51,139 nucleotides of DNA from Candidatus Izemoplasmatales bacterium (GTDB lineage Bacteria; Bacillota_I; Bacilli_A; Izemoplasmatales; Hujiaoplasmataceae). The position numbers and the translations under genes were made by a program. Of this stretch, positions 37,182 through 47,287 are shown in pieces; position 1 is the stretch's first letter, and the number at the start of each line of letters is the position of its first letter. The notes below the pieces were generated by a model that worked only from the letters and a program-made list of their open reading frames with translations, made no database searches and had not been told where the DNA came from. The DNA lies in the NCBI GenBank assembly GCA_050177605.1, contig JBFXGX010000012.1, positions 1 through 51,139 on the forward strand, read 5' to 3'.

Positions 37182-37338
37182 ATTTACACGATTCATGCAT
37201 AAGAATAGGATTTTTAGCGATTAAAAAAATGAAAATAAAAAATTCAAGGAAATCGCTAAATTTTCGAACGAATCTATTGAAATTGTTTTCAAGATATAGT
37301 AGTATAATACTATATCAAATAGAAAAGAGGAATTGATT

Positions 37339-38670
37339 ATGAGTAAATTTAAATCTATAGACGAATATTATGCTTACTCAAAAACATTATCTGTCATTCC
37401 AACCGAAGATATTATTAGTTTGTTAGAAAGTTCAAAAATTAAAATACCTTTTTACGTTCATCGCTTCATTTTACGTGAAACGATCTATCCTAGAGTATTC
37501 CAAACGAAATTATACACAACCTATTCTGATGAATTAAAATACCGATTAAGAGGATATAATGATTATTCAATCTATTTACTTGAGAAACTAGTAAAGGATT
37601 ATAATCTTGATTTTGATGCGGCAAAATACAAAGAAAACTTTTTTAACTTCTTATTCTTAAATAAAGAGTTATATAACATTAAAAATTCTTTTCTTGATGA
37701 ATTAGATAAACTTAAATACAAGTATACTGTTGATTTTGAGAAGATCAAATATCAAGATTTTATCAACCAATTCACGAAAGTTCTTTATGAACCTAGTGGA
37801 TATTTAGATGGGGTAAATCTCAAGATATTAAAAGACGTCCTTGTTCACTCTTGTACCTTAGGTGATTTACGTGGCCTTGGTGAAAAATATGGAGTAAAGA
37901 TACCAAGACGTATTAATAAAACAAAATTAGTAGAAATCTTAGCTGCTCGTTTTAGATTAAGTGCAGATGAAACTCTTTTACTGAATGAGAAAAGCGTATT
38001 AGAACTTGAAATCTATGCGAAAGAAAAAGGATTTAACATATCTATCGATCTTAAAAAATCTGATATGGTTGAATATTTAATTTTTGATCTTAAGATGTAT
38101 CATAAAGAAATTGTAAAAGATAATCATTCCTATCTTATCCCACTCGTTAGTGACTTAGATTCTGTCAAGATTGATACAATCTCTTTTGAAACGAATGATC
38201 AAGATATTCCAGTTCAAGAAGTACAGGAAGAAGAGACCCCAGTTGTAATTGATTCTCAGCCTGAGGAAGAAACGCCTGTAGTTGAACCAGTCAAAGAAGT
38301 CAAAGAGGAAGAAGTTCTTGAAACAGTGGTAGCCCCAGTTGCTAAAGAAGAAAAAGTGGAACCAATCGTAGAAGTTGAACCACTTAAGGAAAAAGAAATT
38401 AAGGTTGAAAAAGAAGAAACAAAAGAAATTCTTCCAATTCTCCCTCCGAAAGATTCTCTCTCAGTAACGGATGAAGAAAAAGAATTGCTTGATGAAAAAA
38501 TAAATATGATTATTAAAAAGTATAAAAAGCGTCGTAGAACACGCCGCGTCTTACTTGTCATATTATTTGTATTCTTGCTAGCGATACTCGGATTTGTAGG
38601 CTATTCATACCTTTACTATACAAATCTTCACCCTGGTGAATTGCCTTTCGGTATTCCAGTGTTTTGGTAA
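37339..38670 (+). CDS. Uncharacterised tail-anchored membrane protein with repeated HeH/SAP/Rho_N-like motifs and an acidic linker
   Basis: ATG 37339 after GAGG; motifs TLGDLRGLGEKYGVKIPRRINKTKLVEIL and KSVLELEIYAKEKGFNISIDLKKSDMVEYL; E/V/P/K-rich linker; KKYKKRRRTRR followed by a single TM near the C-terminus. Confidence 0.75.
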   Translation: MSKFKSIDEYYAYSKTLSVIPTEDIISLLESSKIKIPFYVHRFILRETIYPRVFQTKLYTTYSDELKYRLRGYNDYSIYLLEKLVKDYNLDFDAAKYKENFFNFLFLNKELYNIKNSFLDELDKLKYKYTVDFEKIKYQDFINQFTKVLYEPSGYLDGVNLKILKDVLVHSCTLGDLRGLGEKYGVKIPRRINKTKLVEILAARFRLSADETLLLNEKSVLELEIYAKEKGFNISIDLKKSDMVEYLIFDLKMYHKEIVKDNHSYLIPLVSDLDSVKIDTISFETNDQDIPVQEVQEEETPVVIDSQPEEETPVVEPVKEVKEEEVLETVVAPVAKEEKVEPIVEVEPLKEKEIKVEKEETKEILPILPPKDSLSVTDEEKELLDEKINMIIKKYKKRRRTRRVLLVILFVFLLAILGFVGYSYLYYTNLHPGELPFGIPVFW

Positions 38671-38695
38671 TATAATACTTTATAAGATTTAGGTG

Positions 38696-41296
38696 ATGGC
38701 TTTGAAAGAAATAAACGCGTCGGTTTATACACCCATGATGCAACAATATTTAGAAATCAAAAAAGACTATACAGATTTTATAGTCTTTTTTCGGCTAGGC
38801 GACTTTTATGAAATGTTCTTTACCGATGCAGAAGTTGCATCCAAAGAACTGGAAATTGTTTTAACTGGAAGAGATGCAGGTCAGCCTGAAAGAGTTCCAA
38901 TGTGTGGCGTTCCTTATCATGCAGCTAATCTATATGTTGAGAAATTAGTTGAAAAAGGCTATAAAGTTGCGATTGTCGAACAAGTAGAAGATCCAGCACT
39001 AGCAAAGGGAATTGTCAAAAGAGAAGTCATTAAGATTATTACCCCTGGAACTCTTATCGAAGAAGGCGCTGTTGATGAAAAATCAAATAACTTTATTGCA
39101 TCTGTTTTAGAAGGAAAAGAAAGATATATTCTATCTTATAGTGATTTAACGACGGGTCAAAATCATATTGTTACTTTACCAAAACAAACAGACCTTTTAT
39201 TTAGTGAGATTCAAAATCTCAATGTAAAAGAACTCATCGTTGGTAAAGAATTCAATCATTCATTCTTTCAAAATCTAGTTGATTTTTATGAGATAACTAT
39301 TTCAGTTCACGAAGACTTTACAATACCTTTTTACTACAAAAATCTAATTTTGGATATCTATGATAAAGAATTAATCCAATCTTTTGGGAGATTACTTAGC
39401 TATTTATTGTTAACGCAAAAAAGAGAGTTACTTCATCTACAAAAAGTCGTTGTATTTGAATCTTCTAGTTACTTACATATTGACAATAATTCGAAAAGAA
39501 ACTTAGAACTCATTGAAACGCTAAGAACATCATCCAAAAAAGGAACTCTGAATTGGTTGTTAGATGAGTGTCAATGTGCAATGGGTTCAAGGAAATTAAA
39601 ACAAACAATTCTCAGACCACTTGTCGATAAAGATAAAATTGAAGCAAGGTATCATCTGATTGAATCCTTCAATAATCACTTTATTACTAAAGAAGAATTA
39701 AAAGATAAATTAAAATCCGTTTATGATCTTGAACGGATTATTGGACGACTTTCCTTTGGAAATGCCAATGCGAAGGATTTAGTTCAACTTTCGAAGAGTT
39801 TAAGTGTCATCCCTGTCATCAAGGATTTACTCGTATCACTTCAAAATACCTATGCGCTTCATTTATCAGACCGTATGCATGAAGTATCTTCATTAAGAGA
39901 AACAATTGAGAAAGCAATTGTAGAGAATCCACCATTATCAATTACCGATGGCGGATTTATTCGCAGTGGATATAATGACCAACTAGATAGAATTAAGAAC
40001 ACTTCAACCATTGGAAAAGATTGGCTTGAAACATTTGAAAACAATGAAAGAGAACGTACTGGAATCAAGAAACTCAAAATCGGATATAACCGTGTTTTTG
40101 GTTATTTCATTGAAGTACCAAAAAGCCAAATTGATCTTGTTTTAGATGAATATGGTTATGATCGTAAACAGACATTATCAAATTCAGAAAGATTTATTAC
40201 CGAAGATTTAAAAGAGAAAGAATCAATGATCTTAAATTCACAAGAAGAAGCTGTCGCTCTTGAATATAAGTTATTTTTAGAAATAAGAGAACTTGCCAAT
40301 CAAGAAATTTCAAAGTTACAAGAACTAGCAAGTTCCATCGCTGAAACAGATATGATTTTAGCGTTCTCGATATCTTCAATGAAACATAATTATTCAATGC
40401 CTCAAATAACGGATACGCACGAAATTTTTATTCAAAATGGAAGACATCCTGTTGTAGAAGTTCTACTTGAAAATGAGCAATATACTGAGAATGATGTTAT
40501 GATGGATTCACTCACGAATATATTACTCATCACTGGACCAAACATGAGTGGAAAATCAACCTATATGAGACAATTAGCATTAACAATTATTATGGCTCAG
40601 ATGGGATGTTTCGTTCCAGCTGAAAAGGCTGTTTTGCCAATTTTTGATCAAATTTTTACGCGGATTGGCGCGAGTGATGATTTATCATCAGGTAAATCGA
40701 CATTTATGGTTGAAATGCTAGAAGTACAGTATGCTTTGAATAATGCCACCAAAAATAGTCTTATTCTTCTTGATGAAATCGGTAGGGGTACAGCTACTTA
40801 TGATGGTATGGCTTTAGCCCAAGCTATCATTGAATATGCTCATCAAACAATTGAATGTAAGATATTATTTTCTACGCATTACCATGAACTAACTTATCTT
40901 GAGGATGAATTAAAATATCTTCGAAATGTACACGTCCATGCAAAAGAAGAAAAAGGTCGGATTGTCTTTTTACATAAGGTCTTACCTGGACCGACAGATA
41001 AATCCTATGGTATTCACGTTGCCGAACTTGCACATTTACCAAAAGCACTGATTAAAAGAGCAAATACGATTCTTACAGAGTTAGAAAAAAATCATGGTTA
41101 CAATATAATCAAACCTCAAACAATTGACTTGTTTAATTTCGAAGAAGCCTATGATGAAGTTGAAGTGATTGAGGATCAGTATCAAGATATCATTACACAA
41201 CTAGAAAACATTGATATATTAGAAATGACACCGCTCAAAGCGATGAATTTACTTGCGGATACAATCCAAGAAATTAAAAAAATAAAAAAGAACTAA
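38696..41296 (+). CDS. mutS: DNA mismatch repair protein MutS
   Basis: TPMMQQY, GDFYEMF, PMCGVP, GPNMSGKST, STFMVEM, DEIGRGT, THYHEL, SYGIHVA. Exact start uncertain. Confidence 0.97.
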   Translation: MALKEINASVYTPMMQQYLEIKKDYTDFIVFFRLGDFYEMFFTDAEVASKELEIVLTGRDAGQPERVPMCGVPYHAANLYVEKLVEKGYKVAIVEQVEDPALAKGIVKREVIKIITPGTLIEEGAVDEKSNNFIASVLEGKERYILSYSDLTTGQNHIVTLPKQTDLLFSEIQNLNVKELIVGKEFNHSFFQNLVDFYEITISVHEDFTIPFYYKNLILDIYDKELIQSFGRLLSYLLLTQKRELLHLQKVVVFESSSYLHIDNNSKRNLELIETLRTSSKKGTLNWLLDECQCAMGSRKLKQTILRPLVDKDKIEARYHLIESFNNHFITKEELKDKLKSVYDLERIIGRLSFGNANAKDLVQLSKSLSVIPVIKDLLVSLQNTYALHLSDRMHEVSSLRETIEKAIVENPPLSITDGGFIRSGYNDQLDRIKNTSTIGKDWLETFENNERERTGIKKLKIGYNRVFGYFIEVPKSQIDLVLDEYGYDRKQTLSNSERFITEDLKEKESMILNSQEEAVALEYKLFLEIRELANQEISKLQELASSIAETDMILAFSISSMKHNYSMPQITDTHEIFIQNGRHPVVEVLLENEQYTENDVMMDSLTNILLITGPNMSGKSTYMRQLALTIIMAQMGCFVPAEKAVLPIFDQIFTRIGASDDLSSGKSTFMVEMLEVQYALNNATKNSLILLDEIGRGTATYDGMALAQAIIEYAHQTIECKILFSTHYHELTYLEDELKYLRNVHVHAKEEKGRIVFLHKVLPGPTDKSYGIHVAELAHLPKALIKRANTILTELEKNHGYNIIKPQTIDLFNFEEAYDEVEVIEDQYQDIITQLENIDILEMTPLKAMNLLADTIQEIKKIKKN

Positions 41297-41312
41297 CTGT
41301 AAGGGGGTTACG

Positions 41313-43037
41313 ATGGGAAAAATTATCAAATTAGATGCCAAGTTGTCTAATATGATTGCGGCTGGTGAAGTCGTTGAAAAAATAAGTAATGTTGTGAAAG
41401 AACTTGTCGAAAACTCAATCGATGCCAAAGCAACTAAAATAGATGTTATTTTAGAAGAATCTGGACTGAAGAAAATTCAGATTATTGATAATGGAAGTGG
41501 TATGGATAGTGATGATGCTTTACTAGCTTTTGAACGTCATGCTACAAGTAAAATAGCAAATGAATATGATCTATTTCATATCCGTTCTCTTGGTTTCCGT
41601 GGGGAAGCTCTTCCTTCAATTGCTTCAGTATCGCGCGTAGAAATTGAAACATCTACGGGAGATGAAGGATGTCGATTAGTGATTGAAGATGGTGAACTTT
41701 TAGAAAAAGGAATGGGACACTGGGGTAGAGGAACGTCGATTACTGTTTCAAGACTTTTTTATCATACACCTGCAAGGTACAAATATCTAAAAAGCCCTCA
41801 AACAGAGTTATCGAACATTGTCGATCTTGTCAATAAATTCAGTATGTCTTATCCTGAAATTCGTTTTTCACTAACAAACAATTCTAAAGTGATGTTTCAA
41901 TCTTCTGGGAATGGTAATACACTCGATATTTTAGCCAAAATATACGGGATTGAAGTTGCGAAAAGTATGCGAAGATTTTCAGGTAAGAATCGTGATTATG
42001 ACATTACTGGTTTTGTATCAAATCCGATTCAGAACCGCTCAAATAAAAACTACATCTCAATTTTTGTTAATCATCGCTATATTCGTAATTCAAAGATTTC
42101 AAATGCGATTGTGGAAGCGTATGGCGCTTTAATTCCATTAAATCGATACCCAATTGTTTATATTCATATTAGTGTTGACCCAAGTCTTGTAGATGTCAAT
42201 ATTCATCCAACAAAACAAGAAATTAAGTTTTCTGAAGAAGACGCCTTATTATTCTTAATAAAAGAAACGATTAGTAAAAAACTTGAACTAGTTGAAGTTA
42301 TTCAACCGATCAAAAAAGCAAAACCTGTTGTAACCGATAAACAGCTTACGATAGAAGAAATGCCTTTACCTCAATTATCTATTACTGAGGATGAACTCGA
42401 CTATCACGTCGAAGAAATGAAAGAAGATTCTTATCAAGAAGAGAAGAAAAAAAGACAGTTGCCTGTCTTAGAGTATATCGGTCAGTATCATGGTACCTAT
42501 TTATTATTCCAAAATAATGATGGGCTATTTTTACTTGATCAACATGCAGCAGCCGAAAGAATCCGCTATGAACGATATTCTAAAAAAATGAGTGTGGATC
42601 ATCAAACATCTTATCAACTACTCGTTCCTCAAAGAATTGAACTGAGTAATGAATACATCACTTTCTTAAGTGATCATCTGAGCGAAGTAGAACAATTCGG
42701 AATAAAACTGAAAGAAGTGAACTCTTCAACTTATGAAATTCTCTCGATTCCTGCGTGGTTTCCTAGAGGATATGAAGTCATTTATACCGAAAGTGTACTG
42801 ATGACATTTGTTGAGAAAAAAACTCTTTCAAAAGGAAATATTATTGATGAATTAGCGACATTATTAAGTTGTAAACATAGTTTAAAAGCAAATGCATATG
42901 TTTCCAAAATGGAAGCTGAACAACTATATCATGACTTAAATCAATGTAATGAACCTTACACCTGTCCGCATGGACGTCCAATCATCTTATCCATGGAAAA
43001 TATCGAAATAGAAAAATGGTTTAAGAGGGTGTTATAA
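41313..43037 (+). CDS. mutL: DNA mismatch repair endonuclease MutL
   Basis: IAAGEVVE, ELVENSIDA, RHATSK, GFRGEALPSI, DQHAAAERIRYE, SCK, CPHGRP. Confidence 0.97.
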   Translation: MGKIIKLDAKLSNMIAAGEVVEKISNVVKELVENSIDAKATKIDVILEESGLKKIQIIDNGSGMDSDDALLAFERHATSKIANEYDLFHIRSLGFRGEALPSIASVSRVEIETSTGDEGCRLVIEDGELLEKGMGHWGRGTSITVSRLFYHTPARYKYLKSPQTELSNIVDLVNKFSMSYPEIRFSLTNNSKVMFQSSGNGNTLDILAKIYGIEVAKSMRRFSGKNRDYDITGFVSNPIQNRSNKNYISIFVNHRYIRNSKISNAIVEAYGALIPLNRYPIVYIHISVDPSLVDVNIHPTKQEIKFSEEDALLFLIKETISKKLELVEVIQPIKKAKPVVTDKQLTIEEMPLPQLSITEDELDYHVEEMKEDSYQEEKKKRQLPVLEYIGQYHGTYLLFQNNDGLFLLDQHAAAERIRYERYSKKMSVDHQTSYQLLVPQRIELSNEYITFLSDHLSEVEQFGIKLKEVNSSTYEILSIPAWFPRGYEVIYTESVLMTFVEKKTLSKGNIIDELATLLSCKHSLKANAYVSKMEAEQLYHDLNQCNEPYTCPHGRPIILSMENIEIEKWFKRVL

Positions 43038-43942
43038 TGAATACTATCATCGTTATTGTTGGTCCTACCGCTGTAGGAAAAACAGCACTGTCGATTGAAC
43101 TAGCAAAACAATTAAATACTGACATCATCTCAGCTGATAGTATGCAATTCTACAAAGGGTTTGATATCGGTACAGCGAAAGTGAAAGAAGATGAAAAACA
43201 AGGGATTGTCCATCATTTGATTGATATCTTAAATCCAGATGAAGAGTTTAACGTATCAAGCTATCAAAAAGTAGTACGAGACCAAATTGACTTTGAATTA
43301 AGTAAAAACAGAGATGTTATTTTGGTTGGAGGATCAGGTTTATATTTACAAGCTGTGATTTATGATTATCTATTTCATGGAGAAAAAAGAGATCAACCTT
43401 TTGAAGAGAGTTATGATGAACTATCGAATCAAGAATTATATTTACTTCTCGAAATGAAGAATCCGACGCTTGCTTCAACAGTTCATCCAAATAACCGAAG
43501 AAGATTACTACGTAGTCTCCAGATAGCATCTGATGTGAACTCGTCACTTACAGAACAAGGAAAAAAACTCTACTATCCACATGTTTATATCGTAGGATTA
43601 AATATTCCAAGAGAATTGCTCTATGAACGAATTAATTCAAGAGTGGATCAAATGGTAGCACAAGGTTTGTTTGAGGAGGTAAAGAAATTTTATTTACAAG
43701 GAATCAAAGGACAAAGTGTTCAAGCGATAGGATACAAGGAGATTTATGAGTATTATCAAGGGAATGTTGGTTATGAAGAAACAATTGAAAATATTAAACA
43801 AGCGTCAAGAAGATATGCAAAAAGACAATTAACCTGGTTTAAAAACAAGATGGATGCGCACTGGTTTGATCCCTCTCAGATGTCGATTGAAGAAATCGCT
43901 ATAGAGATGATAAATAATATAAAAAATAGAGCGAAATCATAA
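43037..43942 (+). CDS. miaA: tRNA dimethylallyltransferase
   Basis: GPTAVGKT, ISADSMQ, DIGTAK, HHLID, VGGSGLY, QAIGYKE, RRYAKRQLTWF. Confidence 0.96.
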   Translation: MNTIIVIVGPTAVGKTALSIELAKQLNTDIISADSMQFYKGFDIGTAKVKEDEKQGIVHHLIDILNPDEEFNVSSYQKVVRDQIDFELSKNRDVILVGGSGLYLQAVIYDYLFHGEKRDQPFEESYDELSNQELYLLLEMKNPTLASTVHPNNRRRLLRSLQIASDVNSSLTEQGKKLYYPHVYIVGLNIPRELLYERINSRVDQMVAQGLFEEVKKFYLQGIKGQSVQAIGYKEIYEYYQGNVGYEETIENIKQASRRYAKRQLTWFKNKMDAHWFDPSQMSIEEIAIEMINNIKNRAKS

Positions 43943-43955
43943 GATTCGCTCTATT
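43925..43955. terminator. Hairpin spanning the stop codons of convergent miaA and the rhodanese-like gene
   Basis: AATAGAGCGAA-atcataaga-TTCGCTCTATT. Confidence 0.65.
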
Positions 43956-44355
43956 CTTCTTTTAATGGATAATTCCAACTACTGAGTCCTTTTTGAAGGA
44001 TATATATTGGTTTAAACCCTTTTTTATATAATTTTCGTGCAACTGAATTGGCTAAACCTTTATCGCTTTCTGCTACGATAAAAATTGCCATATCTGCTCT
44101 TAATTTACTTAATTCGCCAAAGACAGACTTTTTAGGGAAGTTTTTCGCTCCACTGATGTGCGATTTAGCGTATGCTTCATTACTACGAATATCAATCAGT
44201 TGCCCTTTTCGCATATTATGTCTAAACTCTTCAATATCTAGCACAATAATTTGACTTGTGTCGACATTTTTTCTTGTCGCAAACAGGATACCAATAAGTA
44301 AACCAGCCGCAACCGGTACTGCCCAATCTAAGAAAGCTAAAAACAAAGTAATCAC
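43951..44355 (-). CDS. Membrane-anchored rhodanese-like protein (YqhL-like) with no cysteine
   Basis: N-terminal TM, RKGQLIDIR, SHISGAKNFP, LQKGLSSW; GTG start; perfect minus-strand promoter upstream. Confidence 0.82.
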   Translation of the reverse strand: MITLFLAFLDWAVPVAAGLLIGILFATRKNVDTSQIIVLDIEEFRHNMRKGQLIDIRSNEAYAKSHISGAKNFPKKSVFGELSKLRADMAIFIVAESDKGLANSVARKLYKKGFKPIYILQKGLSSWNYPLKEE

Positions 44356-44375
44356 ATCCTTTAAATACTATAACT

Positions 44376-44426
44376 ATTATAGATGAGATGAAATATATTG
44401 TCAATAAACCTTTTATGTATTATAAT
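44376..44426. promoter_or_regulatory. Back-to-back promoters with overlapping -35 boxes
   Basis: Minus strand: TTGACA (44404-44399)-17-TATAAT (44381-44376). Plus strand: TTGTCA (44398-44403)-17-TATAAT (44421-44426). Confidence 0.78.
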
Positions 44427-44467
44427 AGTAATGATATTTTATAGATATATAGCAGTGGAGGAAAGCA

Positions 44468-45028
44468 ATGGTTAGTACAAACGATTTTAAAACAGGTCTT
44501 ACAATCGAATACGAAGGAAATATTTATTCCGTCATCGAATTTCAACATGTTAAACCTGGTAAAGGCAGTGCCTTTGTTAGATCAAAATTAAGAAATTTAA
44601 GAACAGGTGCCGTATTAGATAAAACATTTAATGCGGGAATCAATATCAATCAAGCAATGATTGAAAAATCACAAATGCAATATTTATACAAAAATGGTGA
44701 TGACAATGTATTTATGAACATGGATACATACGAACAAATCGAAATGAAATCATCCCAAATTGAGAATGAACTTTATTATTTAACTGAAGGAATGACAATC
44801 AATGTTATTACTTATGAAGATGAAGTACTTGGTGTCGAACTTCCTGATAAAGTTGTTCTTGAGATCGTTGAAACAGCTGGAGGCGCGAGAGGAAATACTG
44901 CTTCCAACGCAACGAAAGAAGCAATTACAAATACTGGTTTACGTTTATTAGTTCCATTGTTTGTTGAAAATGGTGAAAAAATTGTTGTTTCGACAGCAAC
45001 TGGAAAATACGATACCAGAGCTAAATAA
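44468..45028 (+). CDS. efp: Elongation factor P
   Basis: FQHVKPGKGSAFVR, MQYLY, FMNMDTYEQ, VPLFVENGE. Confidence 0.97.
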   Translation: MVSTNDFKTGLTIEYEGNIYSVIEFQHVKPGKGSAFVRSKLRNLRTGAVLDKTFNAGININQAMIEKSQMQYLYKNGDDNVFMNMDTYEQIEMKSSQIENELYYLTEGMTINVITYEDEVLGVELPDKVVLEIVETAGGARGNTASNATKEAITNTGLRLLVPLFVENGEKIVVSTATGKYDTRAK

Positions 45029-45056
45029 TTTTTAAGTTTTTAAGGAGTGATATTTC

Positions 45057-46436
45057 TTGGACATAAGTCACACGTGGCTTTATTTTAATCAGATTACATT
45101 CAACCCAATCTATGTAATTTTAATTGTTATCTTTTTAATTTTATCCGCATTTTTCTCGATGACTGAGATGGCATATTCTGCTATCGGAAAAGTTAGAGTA
45201 AAAACATTAGTCGATCAAAATATTCGTGGTTCAAAAAAAGCATTATGGATTACTGATAATTTTGATAAAGCACTAATAACACTACTTGTTGGAAATAATC
45301 TAGCAAACTTTGCACTCGCATCAGTAAGCATGTTATTCTTTACAGGCTTTTTCGGTCAACTTGAAAATGCAAATACGATAGTAACACTAATGAACTCTGT
45401 TGTCATGACTACTTTAGTGCTAATTTTTGGCGAAATTTTGCCAAAGAGTGTTGCCAAGCTACATCCTGAAAAAATTGGATTAGCGGTCAGTGGTCTTTTA
45501 TACTTTTTGATTAAAGTTCTAACACCGATTACCTATCCATTTAGAAAACTAAGCGGAAAAGTATTAAGCAGATCTCAAGTAGAACAAAAATTAACTGTTA
45601 CTGAAGATGAATTAGAAACGATTATCGATACGATGGAAGAAGAAGGCTCTATTGATGAAGAAGAAGCAGATATGCTTCAAAAGGTATTAGATTTATCAGA
45701 AATCACTGTTGAATCAATCATGACACCACGTGTTGATATGATTGCGATAGAGATGAACGATGATATTGATAAAATTACCGAGGTATTCTTTAAAAATAAG
45801 TTTTCTCGTATACCAGTATATGATGACAACAAGGATAATATCATAGGGGTTCTTTCAGAACGTGACTTTTATACTAAACTAATCAAAGGTCAAAACATCA
45901 ATATAAAAAAGATGTTACGAAAACCTATCTTTGTTCCTGCAACAACCAAAGTTGATGCAATCATCGAGTTATTACAAAGTGAGAATTCACACTTAGCAAT
46001 CGTCGTTGATGAATATGGTGGTGTCGATGGATTAGTAACAATGGAAGATGCACTTGAAGAACTTGTTGGTGAAATCTACGATGAGCATGATGACGTTACC
46101 GAGAAAATCATTAAAGAGGATGATCATATCTACATCATTAATGCAGATACAGACTTGTCTGATTTATTTGAAGATTTAGATCTAGGACAAGTACCAGTTT
46201 CTGAATCGACATCTGTCGGTGGTTGGTTATTTGAAATGTTTCAAGATATTCCTGAAGTAGGGGAGAAAATTGAATATAAGTTAACTGTCAACCAAAAATA
46301 TGATGACTTAAGTGAATTAATCAGTGAAGATACAGAAGTTCTTACTTTTGAGGTTTTAACTGTAAAAAAAAGAAGAATCAAGTCTGTACGATTAACTGTC
46401 GATATTGAAACAAGCAACGCGCTTGAAGTCGAATAA
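45057..46436 (+). CDS. CNNM/CorB (HlyC/CorC-family) membrane protein with a CBS pair
   Basis: FFSMTEMA, LLVGNN, FGEILPK, IMTPRVDM, FSRIPVY, VVDEYGG..TMED.LEELVGEIYDEHD; TTG start after AAGGAG. Confidence 0.92.
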   Translation: MDISHTWLYFNQITFNPIYVILIVIFLILSAFFSMTEMAYSAIGKVRVKTLVDQNIRGSKKALWITDNFDKALITLLVGNNLANFALASVSMLFFTGFFGQLENANTIVTLMNSVVMTTLVLIFGEILPKSVAKLHPEKIGLAVSGLLYFLIKVLTPITYPFRKLSGKVLSRSQVEQKLTVTEDELETIIDTMEEEGSIDEEEADMLQKVLDLSEITVESIMTPRVDMIAIEMNDDIDKITEVFFKNKFSRIPVYDDNKDNIIGVLSERDFYTKLIKGQNINIKKMLRKPIFVPATTKVDAIIELLQSENSHLAIVVDEYGGVDGLVTMEDALEELVGEIYDEHDDVTEKIIKEDDHIYIINADTDLSDLFEDLDLGQVPVSESTSVGGWLFEMFQDIPEVGEKIEYKLTVNQKYDDLSELISEDTEVLTFEVLTVKKRRIKSVRLTVDIETSNALEVE

Positions 46437-46444
46437 ATATGGAT

Positions 46445-46474
46445 TGAGGATAGGACCCTATCCTCACTTTTTTT
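46445..46474 (+). terminator. Intrinsic terminator
   Basis: TGAGGATAG-gacc-CTATCCTCA-c-T7. Confidence 0.8.
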
Positions 46475-46497
46475 GGAAAGAAATGAGGTGTCAATCG

Positions 46498-47226
46498 GTG
46501 GAAAGACTACAAAAAGTAATACAAAAATCAGGATTATGTTCACGTCGTAAAGCTGAAGAACTAATCGCTAGCGGAGTGGTGAAAGTCAATGGTGAAATCA
46601 TCACCACACTTGGCACACAGGTTGAAGTCACAGATCAAGTAGAAGTCAATGGTGAATTAATCAAACAAATCGATGAACTCGTTTATTATGTTTTAAATAA
46701 ACCTACTGGTTATGTTTCTACTACTAGTGATGAACACGGACGAAGAACCATACTAGATTTAATCAAAGTAAATGAACGTATTTATCCAATTGGACGCTTA
46801 GATTATGATACATCCGGTGTGATATTGCTTACGAATGATGGAGATTTTATGAATTCTTTAATTCATCCAAAATTTAAAGTTGAAAAAGAATATCATGTCA
46901 AAGTGAAAGGACTACTTCGTAAAGACGCTTCATCCAAAATCGAAAAAGGATTGGACTTAGGCGATTTTACTTCTGCAAAATCAAAGGTTATTTCTGTCAA
47001 ATATGATGATAAAAAAGAAAATACTTATGTTTCGATTATCATCACTGAAGGAAAATATCATCAAGTCAAACGGATGTTTGAAGAAGTCGGTCATCCTGTG
47101 CTTAAATTAAGACGTCATCGTTTTGGTGTAGTCACGACAGAAGGCTTAAAACAAGGCGATTATCGTCGTTTAAAACCTCATGAAATCAAACAACTTTGGA
47201 ATTTATCAAAGTATGGAAAGCAATAA
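46498..47226 (+). CDS. rluB: rRNA pseudouridine synthase, RluB/RsuA family
   Basis: ERLQK..SRRKAEELI S4 domain, LNKP, GRLDYDTSG, LTNDG, EGKYHQVKRM; GTG 46498 after GAGGTG. Confidence 0.9.
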   Translation: MERLQKVIQKSGLCSRRKAEELIASGVVKVNGEIITTLGTQVEVTDQVEVNGELIKQIDELVYYVLNKPTGYVSTTSDEHGRRTILDLIKVNERIYPIGRLDYDTSGVILLTNDGDFMNSLIHPKFKVEKEYHVKVKGLLRKDASSKIEKGLDLGDFTSAKSKVISVKYDDKKENTYVSIIITEGKYHQVKRMFEEVGHPVLKLRRHRFGVVTTEGLKQGDYRRLKPHEIKQLWNLSKYGKQ

Positions 47227-47287
47227 ATTAATACGTGTATATTTTATCAAACTATGATATAATGATTTAGGGTTAAGGGGAGATAAT

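Noticed and set aside
45057..46436. Hemolysin as a virulence factor
   Set aside because: The DUF21-CBS-CorC architecture is the widespread CNNM/CorB Mg2+ homeostasis family.
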